NCBI GenBank assembly: GCA_047967505.1
Contig: CM106538.1
Source of the DNA: Dipteris shenzhenensis
Taxonomy: Eukaryota
DNA: 64,000 nt
Direction: 5' to 3' (one strand)
The position numbers and the translations under genes were made by a program. The notes beneath the pieces were generated by a model that did no database searches, had not been told where the DNA came from, and saw only the letters and a list, made by a program, of their open reading frames with translations. This document shows positions 49,501 to 62,800 of this stretch, in pieces (position 1 is the stretch's first letter; each line of letters starts with the position of its first letter).

Positions 49501-50788
49501 ACCAAGAAAGCAAAGGATGGTAGCCTTATTTTGCTCATCATTTATGTTGATGACATGCTTATTGCAGGCAAATCTCGGTATGAGATTGATGCACTGAAAA
49601 TGGGATTGCATAAGACCTTTGATATGAAGGATCTTGGTGATGCAAATCACATCTTAGGGCTGCATATCATACGGGACAGAAATCAGAAATTGCTCTATTT
49701 GTCTCAGAAGGAATACATTGGCAAGGTTTTGCAGCGTTTCAATATGGAGGGAGGAAAGATTCTTAATACTCCATTACCTCCATATGTGAAACTCAGTCAA
49801 AAAGACAGCCCACAGTCAGATGATGAGAGGGCTGAAATGGCCAAGACTCCTTATGCATCCGCGGTTGGTAGTCTCATGTATGCAATGGTGGCTACACGTC
49901 CAGATATTGCCTTTGCAGTGGGAGTTGTCAGTAGATACATGGCAACACCTGGCAAGAAGCATTGGGAAGCCGTGAAAGCTATCATGAGATATCTTAAAGG
50001 CACAATGCATGTGTGCATTTGCTTTGGGAAGAAAGACTTGGTTCTTCATGGGTTCACAGACTCAGATTTTGCAGGATGTGTAGACCAAAGAAAGTCTACT
50101 ACAGGATATGTTTTCACCTTAGGTGGTGGTGCTATTTCATGGATTACTCGGCTGCAAAAATGCATTGCTTTATCTACCACAGAGGCAGAATATGTTGCAG
50201 CCACAGAGGCGTGCAAAGAATCCATATGGTTATCTCGTCTAGTGGGAGATATTGGTTTATCAGGAGAGGTTCCTATTTTGCATTGTGATAGTCAGAGTGC
50301 TATTCAGCTAGCACGGAATCCTGTGTTTCATGCCAAAACGAAACACATTTAGGTGAAATATCATTTTATCAGACATGTACTTGAGGATAAGCGCATTCGG
50401 CTTGTCAAAGTGCACACTCATGACAATTCTGCAGATCTTTTGACCAAGAGTCTTAACCCGCAACTCTTTGCACATTGCAGAGTACAGATGGGTGTTGGCT
50501 GAGTTTCTCATGTTGAGATTCTCTTGTATTTTGTGTATATGTTTTTATGTACACTTCTTCCCCTTTTTGGGCACATTGCCTTTAAGTGGGAGATTGTTGG
50601 GGATAAAGGCACAATGTGCTATCCCTTGTATACGTGGTACTTATAATGCCACATCATCACCTTATCTATTCTTTGTATAAAAGGCAATAAGGGAAGTCAC
50701 ACAACAGATTTTTTGCTTCCCACAAAACTTGTGCTCTCTCCTTCCACTCTCCCTCTCCCTCTTGCTTCCGCTCCTTGTTCCCATCATG
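46530..50788 (+). mobile_element. Ty1/copia element (Tnt1/Tork-like), 5' end lost, 3' LTR truncated
   Basis: Long gag-pol frames; PPT AAGTGGGAGA 50584-50593; 3' LTR starts TGTTGGGG at 50595 and is cut by LINE sequence near 50789. The lineage call is from motif resemblance only. Confidence 0.88.
46558..50502 (+). pseudogene. Nearly intact copia gag-pol
   Basis: CFHCGKKGHMKKDC, WIIDSGAS, LDLVHSDV, LRSDNGGEY, QMDVKTAFLHG, IYVDDML, DSDFAG. Small deletions in integrase at ~48200-48240, a premature TAG at 50350-50352, natural stop at 50500-50502. Confidence 0.93.
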
Positions 50789-53060
50789 CTCTGCCGCTCT
50801 CGATACGAAGTCTATGTGAAGAGACCCGAAACTGCCCAATAAAGATGCTCAGTGAGTGGGATAAGTAGATCTGTGTGTATCCTGGGGGGTCAATGAAACC
50901 CTCCTATGTGATATGTAAACAGTGATCTCTGTAGAAGCTAAGCTTCACTGGGAGTTCACTCGGGCCCCACTAGGTCCGAAATGTGTGTAGCTGTAAGAGA
51001 TTCTCACGAATAACCTGGTTGATCTTGTGTGATAGGAGGGGAGAAAACGGAGCATCCATACTGCACTGGAAGGGAGGTAGTCTATCCATGTGGAGCCTGA
51101 GTCGCTCAAACCATCTTATATCTGTGCATACCAACACCTATGATCCCCTCCTACTGCAAGTGCCATAGAAGAGGACAGTGCTAGCCATGGTAGCTTGCTA
51201 CGCCCAGAGGTGTAATCCCCATACTCCCTAACTCGGTACAAATACGTGATGACCTGAAATGCAGCCTCTAGCTATAATGGGGGTGACCCAAACTCAGCCT
51301 GAACGATCTGGTGAGAAATGGATGGCTTACCACGAATCATCTGTGATAACATGAGAACCTAAAGCCGCTCCACATGGGCCCACTCTGTATCCGACAAGTC
51401 TAGCCCCCAACATGGGCTGCTGTACACCCCCGCTGGATGGACCAAGGAGTCAAAAAGCAACTCCTTGGTCCGTAGATCTTAAAAGTGCGAGTGGAAGCAT
51501 TGCCTCTCTAGTCTGGCCAATGAAGCATATCCTTTGTCCATGTGTGCCTGCATCACGGGTCTCATAGTGAAGATGGGTCCGGAAAGACAACCCCAAGATA
51601 AGTGTATGATGAAACTATCTCAACAGGTGACCCATCAAATGTGAACTGCTCCTAGTGCATGACGGCTCGAGATGTATTGAACATTATAACCTTGGTTTTA
51701 CCCAGGTTGACCTTCAAATCATGAGACTCACAAAAGGACTGTAGTGCGTCAAGGTGTCTCTGGAACCCCTCTGTTGAGGAAGACAAAAGAGCCACGTCAT
51801 TTGCGTAAAGCAATATCCGAATTAGCATGCCCGCAAGAGAGCAACAAACCCCTCCCTGTGTTTGCATCACTGTCTCAAGCTCGTCAATATAGAGGCTAAA
51901 CAAGGTAGGTGATAATGGACACCCTTGTTTGACCCCAATAGTACTCATGATCTCATCTGTCCATCCTAATTCTGCCTAGACTTTGCCTGAAACTCTCTCG
52001 TAAAGTGCCATGACAGCCCAAATGATCTCCTAGTTATAACCCAAATCTTGTAGGCACTATATGAGGCAGGCTCTCGGAACCATGTCAAATGCCTTGCGAA
52101 AATCGACAAAGCAACAATAAACCCTCTGCTTCCGTGACCTCGCCTCCTCGATGATACATCTGAGCATGAGAATGTGGTCCATGGTTCCATGATCACGCCG
52201 GAATCCAGCCTATCCTACTGCTGTAAGTCCTCGACACTCTGCAAGTTTGCTAACCTCGGAGTCAAGTACTGATGCATAAATCTTGGACATGACATGTCCA
52301 ATCATAATGGTCTTGTAGTTCTCCGGGTTCATGGGATCAGAGGCCTTGTGGATGGGTGAGATAGTATTAATGGTCCAAGTGCATGGAAACCCCAAACAAA
52401 CAGCTTCATTAAAGAGCTTTGCTAAGATCGGGGCTAGGAGGTTAATCCCATATGCAATGAACTCAGTGCATAGTCCCTCATGATCCTTCGCTCGGCCATT
52501 ATGAAGTTTCATTACGGTATCATTTACCCCCTCTCTAGTGAAGAGGGTACAGGATGTGGGACGTGGCATATGTGAGAGGTTAGGAACTGGTTGATTTGGG
52601 ATGTCATAAAGTGTGCGTGCATAATCATACCAGACCTGAGTGTCAGTGAGTAGTGAGGGGGACCGTCCCTCTAGAAATCTCCGCCAAAAGTCCTTAGAGT
52701 TGTTACTAAACAAAATGTTCAGTAGCTCCTTCTTGTTCCAGCGAACGAAGTCTAGTATCTTTCTACATACCAGTCGACGATACTTGCGTGGCGTTTCTGG
52801 TTTGCTCAGAAGACTGTTTTTGGTTTCGAATCTAAGCTGATGATGTAAAGCCGTACACTCATCATCGTACAAAGGGTTGGTAGCTGGCGACAGCCGTGAG
52901 GGCAGAAGCGTGAGACACAGCACCAATCTCGAGGTGAGCAAATAGTTAGCGGCAGTCCTGAGGGCAGCAGCTCCAAGGCGAAAAGAATGGCTGCAGAATG
53001 GAACAGAATAGCGGGAAGTCTAGAGCACAAATAATGGCGCCAATGGTCGATGTAGCAGTG
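50789..53060 (-). mobile_element. Non-LTR retrotransposon (LINE) RT fragment, copy 1
   Basis: Minus-strand motifs NYKTIMIG, FVDFRKAFD, GVKQGCPLSPTLF, LLYAND, KVNLGKTKV; truncated at both ends. Confidence 0.9.
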
Positions 53061-53062
53061 CA

Positions 53063-53424
53063 ATGGAAAGAAGATCAGGTCATTTTCACGTGGGCAACAA
53101 ACCAAGCTCCATAGCTTTTGAAGGTGAGGCTAAGGTAGGAGAAGAGAACAAGATGGGTAGAAAGAAGCATAGTGGCAAGATGAGAACAAGCACAGTGGAA
53201 AGAAGATCAAGTCCTTTTCACGTGGGCAACAAACCAAGCTCCATAGCTTTTGAAGGTGAGGCTAAGGTAGGAGAAGAGAACAAGATGGGTAGAAAGGAGG
53301 GGAAGGGAGCTCAATCATGAAGGAGAGGATGGCTTCCATTTGCGGGCTTCCCTCATCCTCTAGATTGAGCATGGAGAAGGGAAAGGTAGAAATGGAGGCT
53401 CTGATACCACATGAAGGCACATGG

Positions 53425-53460
<36 letters not shown>

Positions 53461-53745
53461 AGGGTAGGGAGAGAGATAATGATACTCAAATAGAGACATC
53501 ATGAAATGGAAATGAAATAGCAAGAGCAATGAAAAAAATGAAAGTACTCACATGTAGACCAAAGAGCTTGTACCTTGAGACTTGATTGATTTGACACTAG
53601 ACAAGTACAACTCTTATATAGAGCACACACACACATATGAACACCAATGCATATGGGATAACTCCCAATGTGACCCGGGACACACTAGACTAGAACTCAC
53701 ACTAGAACACACCAAACCGACTCATCTTGACTCCATTTCCTAACA
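53063..53745 (-). mobile_element. 334-bp LTR, PBS and leader of an LTR element
   Basis: Minus-strand TGTTAGG...CCTTCA (53745-53412); PBS at 53398-53409; the leader contains a ~100-bp block duplicated at ~53065 and ~53197. Confidence 0.75.
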
Positions 53746-55330
53746 ATCTGCTGGTCAAGCTGTTGTCCCATCTGGGCAAGAGCCGTATCCATTGCCATGG
53801 TAAGCTGCTGGCTAAACTCCTGTCCATCTGGCGGAAAGCACCCTAGAGCATAGAAGCAAGGGTATCCAAAAACTGTGTCTGCGCTGCCTACGCTTCTCGA
53901 GATGCAGGAGAGAGAGGCTGAGTTATAGGGATCTCTGTACCACCAGTGGATGCACCCACTGTGAAAGGCAATTGCTCATGCTGAGCATCCTCATCACTAT
54001 CATGCAATGTATCTCGAGGAGCACGCTTGGGTGGCATGGTGGCTGTCCGGGAGAGAGAAGCTTGAATGCAAGCAAGGAGATGAAATGGACTCGGAGAAAG
54101 AGACAGCAAAAAACTGCTGTAATGAGTACATGATAGAGTGTGTAGAACCTCTTAAAAAGGGCCGATGGCAAAGCTCGAGAAGATAACGATGAAGAGGCTA
54201 CAAAATGAAGTCAAAATGGCTCCAAACGGAGCTGTGAAAGGTCCCTAGAAGAGGTTGGAAATTTGGACTTTTTGCCCTAAGACTCCTAGGATTGCTAAGA
54301 CGCTTAGGACGTTGAGTTAGTTAACCTAACCTAACCACACCACCATTTAGACTAACCCTAGTTAGCTTAACCTAACCTAACCACACCACCATTTAGACTA
54401 ACCCTAGTTAGCTTAACCTCACTAACCTAGCCAACTCCAACTAACTAACCCTAACTGACTAAACCAAACCTAACTAACTAGACCTAACCAAACCTACTAA
54501 CCCCAATTAAAATACCCAAGCTTTTGATTGGCACCTAAGCTAAGGTGTTTGCAAAGGACAGGCGACGGCGATGGCGACGAGGTGAAATTTTAGCACAGGT
54601 GACGGCGGCGCCATGGCGAGGTGTGGACTTCCAGCATTCGGCGGGTGACGGGTGATTGCAGAGAGCCCGGTCAGGCCTCGATGGCTGAGGCAGGCAGCAA
54701 GTCAGAGGCGTCGAAGTGTGTCGTGTGTCCTTCGGATGCATCGAAGTGCCAGTCATGCAGACAAACCCAAGGTGCGCCAGGACTATCGAGTCGAGCAGGT
54801 GCTGACGGGTCTCTAGCAGGTCGTAGGTTAGGATCACGGGTCGAGCAGGGCATGGCCGTTAGTGAGTGGTTTTGTGAGCAGAAGTGGTTCAGGATCTTTG
54901 GTGGCAGTGGTAGCGTATTCTATCCTTAGATTGACTTGGATAGAAACATGACTCTCGTTTTGCCTTTGTGAAGCTGGCCCAAGTGGGAGACGTACTTTGG
55001 TTGTTTGTTGTCTACATTCAGCTTGCGACTCGAAGTGAAGGTGAGGGGGAGGAAGCAAAGGTGCCAGAGTCAGAGCTCTGATACCAATGTAGAAAAGGGG
55101 TAAGGCAGATTTGAAGGAAGGGGGATATAATAACAGAAGGGAGAGAAAGAAAGAAAGAAAGAAAGTTTATTAGAGTCTTCGAAAGACCGATGGGTCTATG
55201 AGACTGCGAAAATCCTGATACAACAAGCTATGGTAGTGGAGCTACTAAACGAGCATCCATACCAATGCAAAATGCAAAAATACAGAATGGCAGTACTAAG
55301 TCCTAAGTACAACATAGTCATGTCGATGGT
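53746..55330 (-). mobile_element. 5' part of an LTR retrotransposon (LTR end, PBS, long leader, gag-like start)
   Basis: LTR ends ...TCTACA at 55088 on the minus strand; PBS at 55075-55086; gag-like start MPPKRAPRDT at ~54037; interrupted at 53746. Confidence 0.65.
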
Positions 55331-55350
55331 CGACTATATATCAATCTCAG

Positions 55351-57400
55351 CATCATCATCATCATCATCGACAGCAGCAAGATATCAGGATGGATGAGAC
55401 AGTGGAGGCATGAAGTCGGCAATAGAGTGTTGTCGGCCACTCAGAGATGCGGTCCTGGCACGTCTCTTGGTCGTAGCTCTGCGTCTGACCAGGGCTACTG
55501 TGACCCCCGTCGGTCGGGCTCCGACTCTAAACAAGGAGGGGATGTCCCCAAGTGTGATCTGTGTGTCGACCCTCTGTCTGAGCTGTCAGGTCACAGGCTT
55601 CGGGTCACAGTCATGTCGAGGCCTCGTCTCGTGGGGGTCCATGTGATCTAGCTGAAAGAACTCCATGATAGAGCTTTGAGAGGGATCAGCTGAGGAAGAA
55701 GTCTGCACCTATCTCCGTGCTCGGAGTATCCTCTTGCAGTGTCTAAGTGCCTCATGAATGAAACCTGCCAAACACCGCTAGTCTGGGTAGGAGAGGAAAC
55801 AGGCCAAAATCCCATAACTATCCCTAAAGAGACAGTGGAAATGCCCTTGGATCTCATAGTACACAGGACACCTGAAGATGAAATGCTACTCTGTCTCAAC
55901 CTCCTGCATGTCACACAGTGTGCATATGGGCCTCTCCCTAGGTAGTTGCTCTCCTCTGCCGCTCTCGATGCGAAGTCTGTGTGAAGAGACCCGGAACTGC
56001 CAACGAGAGATCCTCAGCGAGTGGGGTAGGTGAATCTGTGTGTATCCTGGTGGGTCAATGAAACCCTCCACTGTGATATGTAAGAAGTGATCTCTGTAGA
56101 AGCTAAGCTTCACTGGGAGTTCACTTGGTCCCAACCAGGTCCGAAATGTGTGTAGCTGTAGTAGATCCTCACGGATAACCTGGTTGACCTCGTGTGATAG
56201 GAGGGGAGAAAACGGAGCATCCATGTTGTACTAGAAGGGAGGTAGTCTATCCATGTGGAGCCCCAGTCGCTCAAACCATCTCTTTGTACATGCATACTAG
56301 CACCTCTGGTCTCCTCCTGCTGCAAGTGCCATAGAAGAGGATAGAGCTATCCATGGTACCCTACTACGCCCCGTGGTGTAATCCCCATATTCCCTAACTC
56401 AGTACAGATACGTGATGAGCTGAAATGCAGCATCTAGCTGTAAAGGGGGTGACCCAAACTCAGCCTGAATGATCTGGTGAGGAACGGATGGCTTACCACG
56501 AATCATCCGTGATAACATGAGAACCTGTAGCCACTCCACACGGGCCCACTCTGTATCCGACAAGTCTGGCCCCCAACAAGGGCTGCCGTACATCCCCATT
56601 GGGCAAACCAAGGAGTCAAAAAGCAACCCCTTGGTGCGTGGATCCTGAAAGTGCGAGCGGAAGCACTGCCTCTCTAGTCTGGCCAATGAAGCATACCCTC
56701 TGCTCAAGCGTGCTTGCATCGCAGGTCTCATAGTAAAGCTGGGTCCGGAGAAGATAACCCCAAGATAAGTGTATGATGAAACTATCTCAATAGGTGACCC
56801 CTCAAATGTGAACTGCTCGTGACGCATGATGGCTCGAGATGTATTGAAGATCATGACCTTGGTTTTACCTAGGTTGACCTTCAAATCATGAGACTCACAA
56901 AAGGACTATAGTGCGTCTAGGTGTCTCTAAAGCCCCTCTGCTGAGGAAGACAAGAGAGCCACGTTATCTGCAAAGAGCAATATCTGGATCAGCGTACCCG
57001 TAAGTGAGCAACCTACACCCCCCTATGTCTGCATGACTGTCTCAAGCTCGTCAATGTAGAGGGCCAAACAAGGTAGGCGACAAAGGGCACCCTTGATTGA
57101 CTCCGATGGTGCTCATGATCTCGTCTGTCCACCCGGATCCTGCTCGAACTCTGCCTAAAACTCTCTCGTAAAGTGCCATGACAGCCCAAATGATCTCCTG
57201 GTCATAACCCAAGTTCTGTAGGTGCCGTATGAGGCGGGCTCTCGAAACTGTGTCAAATGCCTTGCGGAAATCCACAAATTAACAATAAACCCTCTGCTTC
57301 CATGACCTCGCCTCCTCGATGATACATCTGAGCGTGAGAATGTGGTCCATAATTCCATGATCACGCCGGAATCAGGCATGTCCTGCTCCTGTAAGTCCTC
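55351..57400 (-). mobile_element. LINE RT and 3' fragment, copy 2
   Basis: Colinear with copy 1 (DFRKAFD, QGCPLSPTLF, KVNLGKTKV) and extends into FRVSSHRLRIESGR...PRERPICTLC...EVETE; candidate (GAT)n tail at ~55351-55369. Confidence 0.88.
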
Positions 57401-57419
57401 TTCATACCCACTAAGACCC

Positions 57420-58158
57420 GATATTCAGCATCACAACCTACAGGTTGCTTGGCAATTTATTGAGCATGTTTTTAAGCATCATGGCCTCCCTCTGGAAATT
57501 GTAAGATGCAAAATTTATGGGTCACTTTTGGCAGGAGTTATTCACAACAGTGGATATTCTCCTCACACGTAGCACTACTTACCACCCTGAGACGGATGGA
57601 CAGTTAGAAAGGGTGAACAAATGGGTGGAGGAATACTTGAGGCACGTTTGTCATGATACACAGAAATCTTGGGATGAGTGGTTGGCTCTTGCTGAATTTT
57701 CTTATAATAGTACCAAACACCTTTCTATTGGCATGAGCCCTTTTGAAGCAATGTATGAATGCAAGGTTGGGATGCCGCCTTTTATTTCAGAGATGGCTGT
57801 GAAAAATCAGCAAGACTTGGAAAGAATGGATGCCCTTCTGCAATTGGCTAAGAAGAATATGCAGGATGCCCAAGCCAAGCAGAAGAAGTATGCGGATGAA
57901 CGCAAGAGGTATCCGTCTTTTGAAGAAGGAGATTATGTGCATTTATGCCTCCATAAGAACCGTTATGCCTCGCTGAAAGGTGACACCAACACGAATCTTG
58001 ATGTATTACAATCCCTACAAGATCATCCGCAAAGTTGGAGAGGTTGCATATCAGTTGGAGCTCCCGAGTATCTCCAAGATTCATAATGTTTTGCATGTTT
58101 CCTTGCTAAAGACGCATGTAGGACATGTCCAAGTTCTTCCTGAGCTACCACCTATGGA
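57420..58158 (+). pseudogene. gypsy integrase fragment
   Basis: FKHHGLPLEIV, STTYHPETDGQLERVNK, LALAEFSYNS, AYQLELP...IHNVLHVSLLK. Confidence 0.88.
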
Positions 58159-59867
58159 TGTAGGAAGTATATCAATAATATGTACTCCCTCATGGGGAGA
58201 TAATCAACTCTAACGTTGATGGAGGGGATAAAATAAACGACATGTGGCAAACTTACATGCAATCTTCTACGTAGTTATTTAGAGGTGACCTTTTGTCACC
58301 TTGAGGTGCTCTTCTTCCCGGTCGGCTCGTGAGTCTTCCATGAGAGTCGGAGATACTAGCTCTTGGCTTCTCTACGTGACGTGATGCAGGGCGTTGATTG
58401 GTGGGGACTGCTGGTCATTGCCGATCCTTGGAGACAGTTTGGAGAGTCGTTCCATTCATATATCTACTGTGAGTAGATCCTGTGAGTAGATCGTAGCAGT
58501 GTGCTTCTTGTGTAGGAGCCCGACTGTGTGTCACCTTCTTGCTTTAGTATTGGTTTGTGTGACCCTTACTTGAGTGCTTGTGTAGAGCTGCTTGTGTAGC
58601 AGCTCTCCATCTTCATAGAGGGAAGGATACGGTTGTGTGTCGCCTTCCTTTTCAATAACCTTGCATGCGTGTGTGGCCATCAGATAGATATTGTAAACCT
58701 CCACAACAAGCCTCGTAGGGATGCGTGGAGGTCTCTAGTTTCATTTCAATTCAAGCAATATATATATTGAGAGATTTCCATACAAGTTTTACATTCACTG
58801 TGCCTCGATATTTTATGTGAGTTCAATAGCTTTGCATGTGAATTCTTTAAATCCTTCAATTGGTATCAGAGCATCTAGGTTGAGAGGAGATCGCGAGGAG
58901 CATCTATGTCTATAAGAGTACTGCGTAGCCAATCGAGAGTTTATCCATTACCTGTAAAGAAGATCACGAAGCAAATGTGGTGCAACCAGAAGACGTTCAC
59001 CACTAGTTCTTTTAGCAGAAGCGTGTTTTCTTGATATTTTGAATTAGTAACTATGGAGCATGAAAAAACTGGTGGAATACTTGTGACTTTCAATGGCAGG
59101 AACTTTCCCTCTTGGCAACCGTGCAGAAAAATTTGTGGGGTGTAGTTGTTGGGACAGAGGAGACCAAAGGAAAGGTCGCATGACGCTAACAAAATCCCAG
59201 CATGGGAGACAAAAATGAAAAAGCTATCGGCTATATGGGAAGAGCTTTGGGTTTTGATTATTTTCACCATATCGATGTGAAGCTAACAGCAGCTGAAAAT
59301 TGGCAAATCTTGGAGTCTCTCTTCGGTGTTCGACTAAGGCATTCAAAGGCTAATCTCAAGCAAGACTTATTTGATTTGCAGATGGATCAGTTAGAGTCAC
59401 TGGGAGCCAAAGTCTAAGATGAAGACAAGAAGGCAATCCTACTGAAGACTCTGCCAGTTGAGCAATTTGGCGAGATAGTGAAAATACTACGCCTTGACGA
59501 CACCATGGATTTTCTAGACTGTGTGGGCTTGCTTCTTAGTGAGGAGAAAAGATCAAATGCACTCATTTATGATTCAAGAGCATATGCAGTTTCCAACAAG
59601 AAGAAAGGTCGTGATACTCGTAAGTGTTCGTATTGTGGAAAGGATGGTCACGTAGAGAAATTTCGTTATACAAAGAAGCATGATGAACTTCTAAAATCAG
59701 AGAAGAACAAGACAAAGCATTAGCAGCAGAAATTAAAGAAGAGTCTACTATGTTGGTAGAAGTTGATCATTTCAAAGATCAAGACTGGGCCTTCTATGTT
59801 ATGCTCTAGCCGAGATAGCATGACCTCGGATAGATCGGTGTTCATTTTTTCTTAGATGACCAATCTT
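58159..59867 (+). mobile_element. 5' LTR, PBS and decayed copia-type gag
   Basis: LTR ~58159-58858 (TG...CA); PBS 58861-58872; FNGRNFPSW and knuckle CSYCGKDGH in broken frames at 59054-59723. Confidence 0.78.
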
Positions 59868-62800
59868 TGTAATAGTTAATGTGCGTAATTGAAATGGTCA
59901 AGAGAAGTAACTGCCAAGGTCCTAGGTGAGGGTGGAATGGCATTGACTAGGTAGTTCTGAGTGCTAAGGCCTAGGTGCACCTAAATGTGTAGTAATGCCA
60001 AGGGACAAGTGGGTTTTAATGTGCCCCAAGAGAGGGGTAAAAAGGTGCACCAAGTGGAGAGGCTATAATGATGACATTTGGCAAGGAGAACTATCTAGGG
60101 AAATGAGGGTCTCATGGATAAGCATGAAAGAAATAACGAATTGATCTGACGATCTGCTATCCATGAGAATTGGCTGGGTGGAACAACAATAATGCCATCG
60201 CCCGTGAGCTGAGCTAATGTAGAAACAGAAAATCAGGCTAAAGAAAGTAGGGTATGACAGTTGGTATCAGAGCTCAAGGTAAGGGTAGCGACATGAGCGT
60301 CAAGCAGAGCGACGCGGGTCTATACAAACAGATCGATGGAAGCCCGTGAGGCGTTGACGAAGAGGAAAGCATCAATGGCGTTCCGGATTGTCAACGTGAA
60401 AGGCTAGTGGAGGTCCCGTAACGCGCTGAAATGCGATTGGCCTATGAATCATGGGCGCTAGACTATTGCGATGGAGGTCATCAAGGTTGACGATGTTTTC
60501 CCAAGCGGAGCTTGAGCGCAGGGGACGCAGCGCAGGTGGGCTACCGTGGCTTATGAAGCATTTAAATTAACGGACGGCTGAACTTGGGACAACGTAGCGG
60601 TTCGGTAGTCGACGGGAAAGAAAACCAGACGGGTTTTCTAAATTGAGATTGGAGCGCAGTTGGACGAGGATCGACGGAGAAGGGAGGCACGTGAAAATCT
60701 TGTTAGCGCAGGGTGGTTGTAGGTGGACTCGCAAACCGTGAGCTCGTTGTTGGAGCCTAGCTGCATCTAAGAGCCAAGTTGAGTCGCACCTACGAATAGC
60801 TGGAGCATAACATTAGTCAACAAGCCTGTTAGCAAAAATGGAGTACGTTGTGAACGACTGACGCTGAGCAGCCGGGATCGTTGCGAACATCCTTCGAAGA
60901 CAACCAGGGAGCATCTTTTCTTTTATATATACATATATTTCAGGTTTTCACTTTGCAGTAGTTGTTCTTGTACAAAAAGGGGTTTGGAAGTGCTGTACTT
61001 TTGGAGTTTTCCCGTGAGAAAAAAAAAAAAAAAACCATCTTCCATTGTGAAACTATGGAGGCAGAAGGCCAGAATTCTAGGGTGAATCCTAGTGAGTCTA
61101 GAGTGCAGTCTACACAACAGATGTCACATCATGCAGCACCTACTCTGATTGGTAGGATTTCGACATTAGAAGATGCTTTACAGCAGATTATGAACCAGCA
61201 GCTTCAAGTGAATGCTGGTCAAAATGAGATTAGGGAGATGGTGCAAGCCTTGTCGGCTAGACCGTCTAGAATTGAGCAGAGCCAGAGCCCAGTATACATT
61301 CCTTAGAGCGCGCAAGGGTCAAAGTGCCTAATATCGCTAATTATAGACCGGAGAAGTACGCTGGTCGGATGACCGAGCGCAGCTCTGATGTGATCGAGGT
61401 TTGGTTACACAAGTGGGAAGAAGCCTTCGCCATTTGTGAAATTAGATCCGATCTAAAGAAAATCCGCGAGGCCACACACCTGTTTATTGAGGCAGCGGAC
61501 AGATGGTGGATAAAGCAACAGAAGGATCAAGTTGCTCCAACCACCTGGGAAGGGTTTAAAGCTGAATTCAAGAAACACTTTCTTCCACCTGATGAAGAAT
61601 CCCTAGCTTGGGATGCTTATAGAAATCTTCGTCAGAAGAATCTGTCAGTGGCAGAGTACACTGACAAATTCAGGGAATGTGTAATGAAAATAACAGACCC
61701 TCTCCCTATGTCGGTTCAGTTAAAGGACTATATTTATGGACTGAACGACAAGATCAAAATGGAAGTTCGGGCTAAATATGTGACTACATTAGATGAATCA
61801 ATTGCAGTAGCCCTGAACTATGAGGATGCCAGAGGCTGATCTGGTGGATTTGTGCAGGCAGGGACTCAGTATGAGCACCCGAGAAAAGGGGGATTTCAGA
61901 GGAAATGGATTTCAAAGACAAGTGTCTCGCAGCCAAGTGGCCAAACCAAGCAGGTGAAGCCGGTTGAGGGACCAGTAAAAACAAGTACCACCGTTGGGGT
62001 GAAAAGGAAAATAACTCCAATGGCAGCCCGGGCTTGGTCAAAGTCCTCGTTGACCCCTGAACAAAAAGAGAAAGCTAGAAAAGAAGGATTGTGCTTCGGC
62101 TGCCTTCAGCGACATCAGTGGAAGGATTGTCCACTGAATAAAGACCGTCGCACGGCTAATATGATAATATCTGAATGCGACGTGGAAATGCAGGAGAGTC
62201 CCAATGCGGAACATATGCAGATGCAGCTGGCGGGACCTTCTCAGAGGTTAGTACCTTGTTTGTTATGTGTATCTGTTGCTAAGTTAGTGACGAGTGCACC
62301 TGATAACATCCTATCTAAGCCCGCAGCAACGGGGTATACAGCCTTCAATGATACGGAGTTAATTAAAATGAAAGGGCAAGTGGCCAGTCATGATGTCATT
62401 GTGTTGTTTGACTCGGCGTCAACTCACAATGTGATTAACTCCAAGCTCGTGAAGAGGCTGAAATTAAAGACAAGTCCATCTGACTATGCGTATACAGTCA
62501 AGATGGCAGATGGAAGTTAAACTGAAGTATGGGACCAAAGGGTTACCCAGTTGGAGCTTCGGATTCAGGACTATGCTGAGAAGCTTGATTTTGAAATGAC
62601 CAAGCTTGCTCATGCAGATATAGCTCTGGGTATGGCGTGGCATTCTAGGAAGAATCCAGCCATTGATTGGAAAAAGCACGTATATCAATTCAAGATGAAT
62701 GATGTGCTTTATGTCTTGCGAGGTGAAAAAGATATACCTCAGGGACCGTTGGTTTCCGTGATGGAAATCAGAAAGGCTCAAGTAGAGTTTTTATTTCTTT

